Shown: in pieces, positions 8,837 to 17,401 of the stretch
How positions within the stretch are numbered: the stretch's first letter is position 1
Layout of the letters: each line of letters begins with the position of its first letter
Source: Anaerovoracaceae bacterium
GTDB lineage: Bacteria > Bacillota > Clostridia > Peptostreptococcales > Anaerovoracaceae
Assembly: GCA_050953445.1 (NCBI GenBank)
Contig: JBMNMS010000002.1
Coordinates: forward strand, 14,599-78,598
DNA length: 64,000 nucleotides
Reading direction: 5' to 3'
The notes under the pieces: generated by a model
The model's input: the letters and a program-made list of their open reading frames with translations, nothing else
What the model was told of the DNA's origin: nothing
Database searches by the model: none
Made by a program: the position numbers and the translations under genes

Positions 8837-10171
8837 ATGGCATTTGAAGGTCTTTCGGAAAAACTACAGGGCGTATTTAAAAAATTAAAGGGCAAGGGTG
8901 TTTTGACTGAGGCTGATATTAATGAGGCTATGCGTGAGGTTAAACTTGCTTTATTGGAGGCGGATGTCAATTTTAAGGTGGTTAAGGATTTTGTTGCCGC
9001 CGTTAAAGAGAAATCGTTGGGGCAGGATGTGTTGGAAAGCTTGACACCAGCTCAACAGGTTATCAAGATAGTCAATGAAGAAATGGTTACGCTGATGGGT
9101 GGGACCAACAGCAAGCTAACCTATTCCCCGAAAGGCTTTACCGTTATTTTAATGGCCGGACTTCAAGGTACAGGTAAAACCACAACCTGCGGAAAACTTG
9201 CAGTGTATCTGAGAAAGAATGGGAAAAAACCTATGCTGGCTGCTTGTGATGTGTACAGGCCGGCGGCTATAGATCAATTGGAAATCGTTGGGAAATCCAT
9301 AGATGTACCTGTATTTACGATGAGGGATTGTAAAGAGCCTGATGTGATTGCGGAAAAGGCATGCCAGGAGGCACAGTACAAGGGATATGATGTGTTGATT
9401 CTTGACACTTCCGGAAGGCTGCATATAGATGAGGATTTGATGGATGAGTTAGTGCGGATCAAGGAAAAAACAAAACCTCATGAAATACTGCTTGTGGTGG
9501 ATGCGCTGACAGGACAGGATGCTGTCAATGCAGCGGAGGGATTTGATAAGCGACTGGGTATTGATGGTATTATTATGACCAAGCTGGATGGTGATACTCG
9601 GGGTGGCGCCGCACTTTCAGCGAAGGCGGTTACAGGAAAACCTATTAAATTCATCGGAGTGGGCGAAAAGATGGATGCCTTGGAGGCTTTTCATCCGGAA
9701 AGGATGGCTTCTCGTATTCTTGGAATGGGAGATATGCTCAGCTTAATAGAAAAGGCTCAAGAAGCCTATGACGATGAGCAGGCCGCAGAGTTAGAAAAGA
9801 AAATACGTAAGAACCAGTTTACATTGGAGGACTTTCTTGATCAGATCAGCCAGATGAAGAAAATGGGCGGATTAGCTAAGATTTTGGAAATGATGCCGGG
9901 GATAAATGGGAAGGCTATGGCCAATGTTGATATGGATCAGGGAGAGCGTGAAATGCGCCATATGGAGGCCATAATCCAATCCATGACTTTGCAGGAGAGA
10001 AGGGATCCGTCAATCCTGAATGCCAGTCGCCGCAGAAGGATTTCTGCCGGATGTGGGTTGCCGGTTTCCAAGATTAACAACTTAGTGAAGAAATATGAAG
10101 AAACCCGGAAGATGATGCGGCAATTTGCGACGGGTTCGAAACATAAGAAAAGGATGTTCAGAGGTTTTTAA
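8837..10171 (+). CDS. ffh: Signal recognition particle protein Ffh
   Basis: GTPase motifs GLQGTGKTT, DTSGR and TKLDGD, plus a Met-rich M domain. Confidence 0.97.
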   Translation: MAFEGLSEKLQGVFKKLKGKGVLTEADINEAMREVKLALLEADVNFKVVKDFVAAVKEKSLGQDVLESLTPAQQVIKIVNEEMVTLMGGTNSKLTYSPKGFTVILMAGLQGTGKTTTCGKLAVYLRKNGKKPMLAACDVYRPAAIDQLEIVGKSIDVPVFTMRDCKEPDVIAEKACQEAQYKGYDVLILDTSGRLHIDEDLMDELVRIKEKTKPHEILLVVDALTGQDAVNAAEGFDKRLGIDGIIMTKLDGDTRGGAALSAKAVTGKPIKFIGVGEKMDALEAFHPERMASRILGMGDMLSLIEKAQEAYDDEQAAELEKKIRKNQFTLEDFLDQISQMKKMGGLAKILEMMPGINGKAMANVDMDQGEREMRHMEAIIQSMTLQERRDPSILNASRRRRISAGCGLPVSKINNLVKKYEETRKMMRQFATGSKHKKRMFRGF

Positions 10172-10217
10172 AGCTTTAAACATATATTGAAAATATTAAA
10201 TTGAGGAGGTCGATTAA

Positions 10218-10463
10218 ATGTCAGTGAAGATTAGATTGAAAAGAATGGGTGCAAAGAAAAAACCTTTCTACAGGGTAATCGTAGCAGATTCCCGTTCGCC
10301 AAGAGATGGTAAGTTTATCGAGGAGTTGGGTTACTACAATCCATTAACCGATCCTGTAGATGTAAAGATCGATGAGGAAAAAGCAAAGAAATGGCTTTCA
10401 AATGGAGCACAGCCTACTGAAACGGTCAAAAGCCTTTTCAAAAAATCAGGAATTATGGCATGA
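10218..10463 (+). CDS. rpsP: 30S ribosomal protein S16
   Basis: [42 protein letters not shown] is a classic S16 N-terminus. Confidence 0.97.
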   Translation: MSVKIRLKRMGAKKKPFYRVIVADSRSPRDGKFIEELGYYNPLTDPVDVKIDEEKAKKWLSNGAQPTETVKSLFKKSGIMA

Positions 10464-10485
10464 ATGAATAAAAGAGGTGAAACCT

Positions 10486-10716
10486 ATGGTAGAGTTGGTT
10501 GAAGCCATTGCTAAATCGTTGGTTGATGATCCGGGGGCTGTTCATGTAAGGGAAACGGTACGGGATCAGGAAATCATAATCGAATTGAGAGTTGCCCCGG
10601 ATGACATGGGTAAGGTCATCGGCAAGCAGGGGCGAATCGCAAAGGCCATTCGTACGGTAGTTAAGGCCGCGGCAATCAAGGCAAATAAAAAAGTGGTGGT
10701 AGAGATCATTCAATAG
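10486..10716 (+). CDS. KH-domain RNA-binding protein (YlqC-like)
   Basis: GKVIGKQGRIAKAIRTV (the GxxG KH motif), in the conserved position between rpsP and rimM. ATG 10486 is preferred over GTG 10477. Confidence 0.85.
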   Translation: MVELVEAIAKSLVDDPGAVHVRETVRDQEIIIELRVAPDDMGKVIGKQGRIAKAIRTVVKAAAIKANKKVVVEIIQ

Positions 10717-10799
10717 ATCTTTGCTTCATGAAAACCGGAGATGCGGCACATATGCTAAAGGTGTATGTGCCTTGTTAATATGAAGAAAGCCTGGATAAA

Positions 10800-11294
10800 A
10801 TGAAGAAGCTAAAACTGGGAAAAATAACAGGGGCTGTGGGCCTTAAAGGGGAAATAAAGGTTTATCCCTACACTGATTATAAAGAAAAGTTTGAGGAATT
10901 ACCCTATATTCTTTGTGATGATGTAAAATATCCCATCACAAGGGTTCGTTATATAAAAAATATGGTGGTACTCAAACTGGAAGGAATTGATGACCGTAAT
11001 GAAGCGGAGGCCTCCGCCGGGAAATATTTATATATTTACAAAATGGATGCCCCGCCCCTTCAAGATGGCGCATACTACATTCACGAATTAGTTGGATTAA
11101 CAGTGGAAGAAGAGGGGGGAGGCGTTCTTGGACATCTCTCTGATGTCATTCAAAATGCGGCGCAGGATATTTACGAAGTGGAGACCCATGAAGGTAAAAC
11201 TATTTTAATTCCCGCAGTAGAGGAATTTGTTAAGGACATTGATTTAGAGAATAGTAGGATGATGGTAAAGCTTATACCGGGTATGAAGGAATGA
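10800..11294 (+). CDS. rimM: 16S rRNA processing protein RimM
   Basis: GKITGAVGLKGEIKVYPYTD N-terminus and a PRC-barrel C-terminus. Synteny with trmD. Confidence 0.9.
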   Translation: MKKLKLGKITGAVGLKGEIKVYPYTDYKEKFEELPYILCDDVKYPITRVRYIKNMVVLKLEGIDDRNEAEASAGKYLYIYKMDAPPLQDGAYYIHELVGLTVEEEGGGVLGHLSDVIQNAAQDIYEVETHEGKTILIPAVEEFVKDIDLENSRMMVKLIPGMKE

Positions 11295-12076
11295 AAATTA
11301 CTGTTTTGACGCTATTCCCAGAGATGTTTGGACCTGTTATTAGTCATAGTATTCTGGGGAGAGCTAATAAGAAGGGAATAATCCGGGTAGAGACTGTAAA
11401 TATTCGGGATTATACCCTTGATAAACACAACCGAACCGATGATACGCCTTTTGGCGGAGGGGCCGGTATGGTCATGTCAGCAGAACCTATATATCGTGCC
11501 CTTGAAGATATATGTAAAGGGAACAACGAAGAATGTGATGGAGAAAACAAGACTAAAAGGCTAATCTACCTGTCACCAAGGGGTAGGCGATTGAATCAGA
11601 GTCTTATTGAAGAGCTTTCAGGTGAGAAGGAATTGGTGCTTCTTTGTGGTCATTATGAAGGGGTTGATCAAAGGGTACTTGATGGGTGGGGATTTGAAGA
11701 GGTGTCTATAGGAGACTATATACTTACGGGGGGTGAATTGCCAGCTATGGTTTTAATCGATGGTGTGGCAAGGATGTTACCTTCTGTGCTGGGAAGCGAT
11801 GAAGCTCATAGGGAGGAGTCGATCTACTCAGGTCTTTTGGAATATCCCCAATATACAAAACCCAGGGAATACGGGGGAATGATGGTTCCGGAGGTATTGA
11901 TTTCAGGAGATCATGAACGAATACGCCTGTGGAGATTTGAAAAGTCTTTACAACTTACCAAGGAAAGGAGGCCCGACCTTTTTAAAACCTTTGCCGAGAG
12001 GATAAAGAATCATTCCGATGGGGGCGGTCTGACGAAAAAGGAGATTAAAATAATGGAAAAGGTTTTGGAGGAATAG
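11291..12076 (+). CDS. trmD: tRNA (guanine37-N1)-methyltransferase TrmD
   Basis: MKITVLTLFPEMF.., CGHYEGVDQRV and GDYILTGGELPAMVLIDGV motifs. Its start overlaps the rimM stop as ATGA. Confidence 0.95.
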   Translation: MKITVLTLFPEMFGPVISHSILGRANKKGIIRVETVNIRDYTLDKHNRTDDTPFGGGAGMVMSAEPIYRALEDICKGNNEECDGENKTKRLIYLSPRGRRLNQSLIEELSGEKELVLLCGHYEGVDQRVLDGWGFEEVSIGDYILTGGELPAMVLIDGVARMLPSVLGSDEAHREESIYSGLLEYPQYTKPREYGGMMVPEVLISGDHERIRLWRFEKSLQLTKERRPDLFKTFAERIKNHSDGGGLTKKEIKIMEKVLEE

Positions 12077-12123
12077 TCAAAATAGATTTGGAAACAAAGA
12101 TGAACAAGTGTATAATATAGGGT

Positions 12124-13068
12124 ATGAAAAATGGTGCGGCGGTAAAGAGTAAAAGAAACCTTAAAAGAATTGCAATCACATTGTTTATCATATCTGTTAC
12201 GGTGTTAGCGGCAATCATTTATTTGTTGCCTAAAGTAACAGATGCCTTAACAAAGACGTGGGTGTTGAAGTACGACAGGATTCAGGTGGCTGATGATGTG
12301 ACCTGTTACTTTGTGCGCAATGAATCGGTATATACTGCGAAAAATGGAGGAAAGATTGAATACCATCAAGATGAGTGTTCTATGACCAGAAGAGATGCAA
12401 GGATTCTTGATGTTGGTGGTCAGTCATATACTGCTTCTGAAAATGGAACCGTCAGTTATTATAGCGATGGGTTAGAGGATATCTTTACGGTAGAAAACAT
12501 TAATAAACTTCAGAAAAAGGATATTGATAATCAAAACATAGAGGTTTTTACATTGAAGAGGGAGTCCGCCCTGGCAGGGGAGCCCCTTTACAAGTTAGTA
12601 GATACCTGGGAATGGTTTGCGATATTTTGGGTTAAGGCCGAGAATATAGCCAAGTATAAGAAGGATCATACGGTTTATATCGATTTGCCACTGGGAAGGA
12701 TCAAAGGAACTATATGGGGGATTATTGATGAGGGGGATGAGTTTAAAGTAATTTTAAGGTTTACCCGGTATTATGAGGATATGTGTAAGATTCGCAGGGA
12801 AAAAATCCGGGTGGTAACCTATGATTATGAAGGTCTTTTAGTACGCAACAAAAGTATCGGGGTAGAAAATGAACAACCGGGGGTGTATGTAAGGGATTTA
12901 AGTGGGAACTATAATTTTGTGCCCGTATACATCATTACAAGTGACGGGGAATACTCACTTTTGAAGGCTAATTCATTTAACAGGACAAATGAGGATGGTA
13001 CAACAGACTGGGTTAATACGGTCAAGGCTTACGATGAGATTCTAAACAACCCTAAGAATTTCAAATAG
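12124..13068 (+). CDS. Hypothetical membrane-anchored protein (single N-terminal TM, extracytoplasmic beta-rich domain)
   Basis: 314-aa ORF with TM IAITLFIISVTVLAAIIYLL. There is no motif I can name. It lies between trmD and yggS. Confidence 0.6.
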   Translation: MKNGAAVKSKRNLKRIAITLFIISVTVLAAIIYLLPKVTDALTKTWVLKYDRIQVADDVTCYFVRNESVYTAKNGGKIEYHQDECSMTRRDARILDVGGQSYTASENGTVSYYSDGLEDIFTVENINKLQKKDIDNQNIEVFTLKRESALAGEPLYKLVDTWEWFAIFWVKAENIAKYKKDHTVYIDLPLGRIKGTIWGIIDEGDEFKVILRFTRYYEDMCKIRREKIRVVTYDYEGLLVRNKSIGVENEQPGVYVRDLSGNYNFVPVYIITSDGEYSLLKANSFNRTNEDGTTDWVNTVKAYDEILNNPKNFK

Positions 13069-13090
13069 TTGCGGGATAAGGAGGAATCTT

Positions 13091-13792
13091 ATGAATATAA
13101 TTGGTGAGAAATACAGGAAGGCTGAAGAGTCAAAAGAAAAAGCCGCCGAAGCGGTGGGAAGAAAAGCTGATGATGTTTTGATTATTGCTGTTTCCAAGAC
13201 TAAAACGGCAGACGAGATCAATCAGGCCATTGATGCCGGGGTAACGGACATCGGAGAAAATAAGGTACAGGAAATAGTGGATAAGTTTGATAAGGTTAAG
13301 CCTGTACGCTGGCATATGATTGGACATTTGCAGACAAATAAGGTAAAATACATTATCGATAAAGTTGACCTGATTCACTCGGTGGATTCCCTTCGCCTGG
13401 CCATGGAAATAAACCGTCGGGCGGAGCAGCATAATAAGGTTATGGAGATCTTGATCCAAATAAATGCAGCGCAGGAGGAGAGTAAATTTGGGGTTAGCGT
13501 TGAGGATGTGGATGGCCTTTTAAACGATATTCTTGATAATTGCCCCAATATAAGGGTGTGCGGATTTATGTGCATTGCACCGTATGAAGAAGATCCGAAT
13601 GATGTGGCCGTTTATTTTCACAAGGTGAAATATTTGTACGAAAAATATAAAAAAACTATCCACCCCGGTGCGGATTTCAAGTATTTATCTATGGGGATGT
13701 CCCATGATTATAAGGTCGCCATAGCCGAAGGTTCAAATATGATTAGAATTGGCACCGCGATTTTTGGAGAAAGAAATTACAACAGGTTATAG
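13091..13792 (+). CDS. YggS/YlmE-family PLP-binding protein
   Basis: IIAVSKTK (PLP lysine), HMIGHLQTNK and MGMSHDY motifs. GGAGG RBS. Confidence 0.9.
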   Translation: MNIIGEKYRKAEESKEKAAEAVGRKADDVLIIAVSKTKTADEINQAIDAGVTDIGENKVQEIVDKFDKVKPVRWHMIGHLQTNKVKYIIDKVDLIHSVDSLRLAMEINRRAEQHNKVMEILIQINAAQEESKFGVSVEDVDGLLNDILDNCPNIRVCGFMCIAPYEEDPNDVAVYFHKVKYLYEKYKKTIHPGADFKYLSMGMSHDYKVAIAEGSNMIRIGTAIFGERNYNRL

Positions 13793-13819
13793 AATTATCA
13801 AGATAAAAAGGAGAATGAA

Positions 13820-14323
13820 ATGGGAGACGGATTTTTAAGCAAACTGAAGGTGTTAATTGGCATAGAAGAAGTGGATGATGATGAATATGAAGATGAAGAA
13901 GAAATAGACCGTTCCTATGATAGAAAATCCTTGGAACATAGAGGTGCGGGTTCTTATGCCAGGTTGGAAGCACCTGAAAATAGAGCGCATCAGGAAGGAA
14001 GGATTGTAAGCATGCAGGGAAGAGGGGGAGCGTCTCAATCGGGAAATCATTTTAAAATGGTTGTGATTGAACCGAGAGGATTTGAAGAGTGTCCTAAACT
14101 GGTTGATAATTTAAAGGACAAAAAACCTGTGATAATAAATCTTGAAAAAATGGAGACGGACACGGCGAGAAAAATCTTTGATTTTCTAAGCGGTGCTACA
14201 TATGCCCTTGGAGGTAATGTTCAAAAAGTGGCAAATAATATATTCATATTTGCTCCTGAAAATGTTGACGTGACAGTTCCAATCGATACCAAAGGATTAA
14301 ACCTGGGTGATAAATGGAGGTAG
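13820..14323 (+). CDS. sepF: Cell division protein SepF
   Basis: N-terminal amphipathic helix, an acidic linker, and a conserved C-terminal domain (VVIEPRGFEECPKLVDNLKDKKPVIINLE..). Flanked by yggS and yggT. Confidence 0.9.
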   Translation: MGDGFLSKLKVLIGIEEVDDDEYEDEEEIDRSYDRKSLEHRGAGSYARLEAPENRAHQEGRIVSMQGRGGASQSGNHFKMVVIEPRGFEECPKLVDNLKDKKPVIINLEKMETDTARKIFDFLSGATYALGGNVQKVANNIFIFAPENVDVTVPIDTKGLNLGDKWR

Positions 14324-14326
14324 TCT

Positions 14327-14602
14327 ATGCTTTCCCTTGCAATAGGACTGTTTGGACAGATCCTAATATACATGATAATCGCAGAAGCAATAATGAGCTG
14401 GTTTGTCAGACCGGGAGACAGGGTTTATCCTTTTTTTCTGTCGCTTCGTAGATTGACGGAGCCGCTTATGCGTCCATTTAGAAATCTAATGGGGCGCTTT
14501 GGTATGTCCATGGGTATAGATTTTTCCCCGATATTTGCAATTATTGCTATCAGCATGATACAGGGGATACTCATTAAGATGTTTCGACTTATTGGAATGT
14601 AA
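14327..14602 (+). CDS. YggT-family membrane protein
   Basis: 91-aa two-TM protein (IAEAIMSWF..) in the conserved position after sepF. Confidence 0.85.
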   Translation: MLSLAIGLFGQILIYMIIAEAIMSWFVRPGDRVYPFFLSLRRLTEPLMRPFRNLMGRFGMSMGIDFSPIFAIIAISMIQGILIKMFRLIGM

Positions 14603-14634
14603 AAATCAAGTGTTTTTTTACTTGGAGGTTTGAT

Positions 14635-15276
14635 ATGATTACTCCTTTGGATATCCAGAACAAGGAGTTTGCGAAGGGAGTTAGGGGATATAAGGAGGAG
14701 GATGTTGACAATTTCCTCGATCTTCTAACCTTGGACCTGGAAAAACTCATAGATGAAAATCAAAAATTAAAGGATCAGGTAAAATCCCTTAACGCTGAAC
14801 TTGGAAGATATAAAAATTCGGAAGGCACGGTGCTTGAAACATTAGAAGCAGCTAAATCCCTTATGGAGGATATATCTAATAGCGCTGAGAAGAGAGCAGA
14901 GATACTAATAAAAAATGCCACGTTAGATGCCCAGCTTATTCAGAGAGAAGCAAAGGAAACAATGGAGCGGCTTTCCGAGGAAAGTAATGCTTTGAGAAGT
15001 AGATTGCAAATTTTCAAAAATCGCTTTAGAAATCTTTTGGAAACAGAGCTTGAAAGATTCGAAACCCTGAGTACGGAAATATTTGATGACTCGAATATGG
15101 CGGATTTAGAAAGTCTTATGGAAGGGAAGGGGATGGCGGATAACGAATCCTCCCATGTTTTTGACCACGAGAAGATCATCGATATTCAGGAAGTGGCAGA
15201 AGAGGAAAGGAATTCGGACATTATTAAGGCTACAGCGGAGGGAAAAACCATTCTGAATCTAAGAGGAGGAGAATAG
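14635..15276 (+). CDS. divIVA: DivIVA-domain protein
   Basis: MITPLDIQNKEFAKGVRGYKEEDVDNFLD N-terminal lipid-binding domain followed by coiled coil. Confidence 0.85.
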   Translation: MITPLDIQNKEFAKGVRGYKEEDVDNFLDLLTLDLEKLIDENQKLKDQVKSLNAELGRYKNSEGTVLETLEAAKSLMEDISNSAEKRAEILIKNATLDAQLIQREAKETMERLSEESNALRSRLQIFKNRFRNLLETELERFETLSTEIFDDSNMADLESLMEGKGMADNESSHVFDHEKIIDIQEVAEEERNSDIIKATAEGKTILNLRGGE

Positions 15277-15283
15277 GTGCACT

Positions 15284-15745
15284 ATGGGATATTTTCTTCT
15301 CTTAGTTGTCCTGTTGGGGCTGGATCAGTGGACAAAACACTTAATCAAAGTTAGTTTTGATCTGGGGCAAACCATGCCGGTAATAGAAAATATTTTCCAT
15401 TTAACCTATATCCACAATTATGGGGCTGCTTTTAGCATTTTGTTAGGTAAGCAGCTTTTGCTATCTGTAATTGGAACTGTTGCCATATTGGCTATTTTAG
15501 TTTATATATGGGTGGAAAGGAAAAGGTCACATCCGTTTATATTGACGGCACTAACCTTTATCGCAGGCGGCGGTCTGGGCAATCTTTGCGACAGGTTGTC
15601 CCAAGGATATGTCGTAGATTTTTTGGATTTCCGAGTATTTCCTATCTTTAATGTAGCCGATATTTTTGTAACCGTAGGAAGTGTTTTTATTTTTATTTAT
15701 CTATTCTTTATCGAACCCAAGTCCGGAAGGAAAAGTTGGAATTAA
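15284..15745 (+). CDS. lspA: Lipoprotein signal peptidase (signal peptidase II)
   Basis: NYGAAFS and FNVADIF catalytic Asp motifs, with 4 TM segments. Confidence 0.9.
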   Translation: MGYFLLLVVLLGLDQWTKHLIKVSFDLGQTMPVIENIFHLTYIHNYGAAFSILLGKQLLLSVIGTVAILAILVYIWVERKRSHPFILTALTFIAGGGLGNLCDRLSQGYVVDFLDFRVFPIFNVADIFVTVGSVFIFIYLFFIEPKSGRKSWN

Positions 15746-15755
15746 GGTGAGCCGG

Positions 15756-16691
15756 ATGGATGAAAAAGAGAGGTTGGCTTTAAAGATTACAGAAAAAGAT
15801 GAAGGACTTAGAATGGATGTATTTCTTTCGCAAAATCTAAGTCAGATGTCCCGAAGCCATGTGCAGAAGCTTATTGAAAAGGGCAAGGTATTTGTCAATG
15901 GCGGTCCCGTTGTTACCAAAGGCTACAGATTGAAAAATGGCGATAGGATATACTTAAATGTCGTGAAACAGGAGGAGATGAAAATCCTGCCGGAGCCTAT
16001 CCCTATTGACATCATCTGGGAAGATAATGATATAATGATAGTCAATAAACCTAAGGGCATGGTAGTTCATCCAGCTTCCGGGGTAACCTCGGGCACGTTG
16101 GTAAATGCGCTTCTTCATCATTGTGACAGTAATCTTTCAACTATAAATGGTAATCTGCGCCCCGGTATAGTTCACAGGATAGATAAGGATACCGGCGGTC
16201 TTTTAATGATTGCAAAAAACGACAAAACACATGTATCGTTAGCCAGGCAATTGGAGGAACGCAGGGTTTTAAGAGTATACAGATTGATAGTTCACAATAA
16301 CTTAAAGGAGGATAAGGGCACAATAAATGCCCCTATCGCCAGAGATCCGAACAACAGGTTAAGGATGGCAGTGGTTTGTGGAGGTCGGGAAGCCATAACT
16401 CATTACAAAGTTCTGGATAGGTTTGGAGATTATAGTTATTTAGAAGCTGAGTTGGAAACCGGAAGAACACATCAGATTCGTGTGCATATGGCCCATATCA
16501 AGCATCCTATAGTAGGGGATAGCCTTTACGGCCCTAAGAAGCAGGCCCTTGGAGCCGGATCCCAAATGCTTCATTCCAGGAAATTAGGGTTTATTCATCC
16601 TGTATCAGGGGTATACATGGAGTTTGAAAGTCCACTGCCTGAAGAATTCCAAACGATAATAAGAAAAATCAAAAACAGGTCAGGAAGGTGA
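15756..16691 (+). CDS. rluD: RluD-type 23S rRNA pseudouridine synthase
   Basis: S4 domain, HRIDKDTGGLLMIAK catalytic motif, and GRTHQIRVHMA. Start trimmed to ATG 15756. Confidence 0.9.
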   Translation: MDEKERLALKITEKDEGLRMDVFLSQNLSQMSRSHVQKLIEKGKVFVNGGPVVTKGYRLKNGDRIYLNVVKQEEMKILPEPIPIDIIWEDNDIMIVNKPKGMVVHPASGVTSGTLVNALLHHCDSNLSTINGNLRPGIVHRIDKDTGGLLMIAKNDKTHVSLARQLEERRVLRVYRLIVHNNLKEDKGTINAPIARDPNNRLRMAVVCGGREAITHYKVLDRFGDYSYLEAELETGRTHQIRVHMAHIKHPIVGDSLYGPKKQALGAGSQMLHSRKLGFIHPVSGVYMEFESPLPEEFQTIIRKIKNRSGR

Positions 16692-16695
16692 TGAA

Positions 16696-17283
16696 ATGAA
16701 AGAAAAGAATGAGAAAATAACGTTGGAGAAGATTGGCACATATGTATATCCATTACCGGCTATAATGGTTAGCTGCGGAGGGACACCTGAAACCTACAAC
16801 ATAATTACCGCCGCGTGGACGGGAACCATCAACTCCGATCCTCCTATGGCATATGTATCAATTAGAAAGTCAAGATACTCTCACGAGATAATTAGCAGAA
16901 CCGGAGAATTTGTCATCAATTTAACTACGGAGGAACTAAGCTATGTTACCGATTGGTGTGGTGTGAACACAGGGCGAAAAGTAAACAAATTTATGGAAAT
17001 GGACTTAACACCCATAAAGGGCAGGTTGGTAGGATGCCCCATGATAGCAGAGGCACCTGTAAATATTGAATGTAAGGTATCACAGGTGTTAGAACTTGGT
17101 TCCCACGATATGTTTATAGCTGATGTAATTGCTATTCATGCAGATGCAAGCCTGGTTGACGAAAAGGGAAGATTGGATCTTTCAAAAGCAGGTCTATTGG
17201 TATTTAATGATGGACTTTACTGTGCAATGAAAGAAAAGCCAATAGGCAATGTGGGCTACTCATTAAAAAATGTAAAAGAATAG
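16696..17283 (+). CDS. Flavin reductase-like (FMN-binding split-barrel) protein
   Basis: PLPAIMVSCG..NIITAAWTG..SDPPM..VSIRKSRYSHEII pattern typical of flavin reductase-like domains. Confidence 0.8.
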   Translation: MKEKNEKITLEKIGTYVYPLPAIMVSCGGTPETYNIITAAWTGTINSDPPMAYVSIRKSRYSHEIISRTGEFVINLTTEELSYVTDWCGVNTGRKVNKFMEMDLTPIKGRLVGCPMIAEAPVNIECKVSQVLELGSHDMFIADVIAIHADASLVDEKGRLDLSKAGLLVFNDGLYCAMKEKPIGNVGYSLKNVKE

Positions 17284-17401
17284 CAGGATTTAAAAAAATG
17301 GTTACCATGGGGAAAAATCGTGATATAATTAACTGTATTAGTAAGACTCAAACAGTTACTGTGGATAGCCTATGGGTTAGGTATGAATTCGGGAGGGCAA
17401 A

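Noticed and set aside
11291-13090. Synteny break: trmD is not followed by rplS, and ylmH is missing from the yggS-sepF-yggT-divIVA block.
   Set aside because: This is a rearrangement of housekeeping blocks. It is not evidence of a new function. rplS is presumably elsewhere and cannot be assessed from this window.
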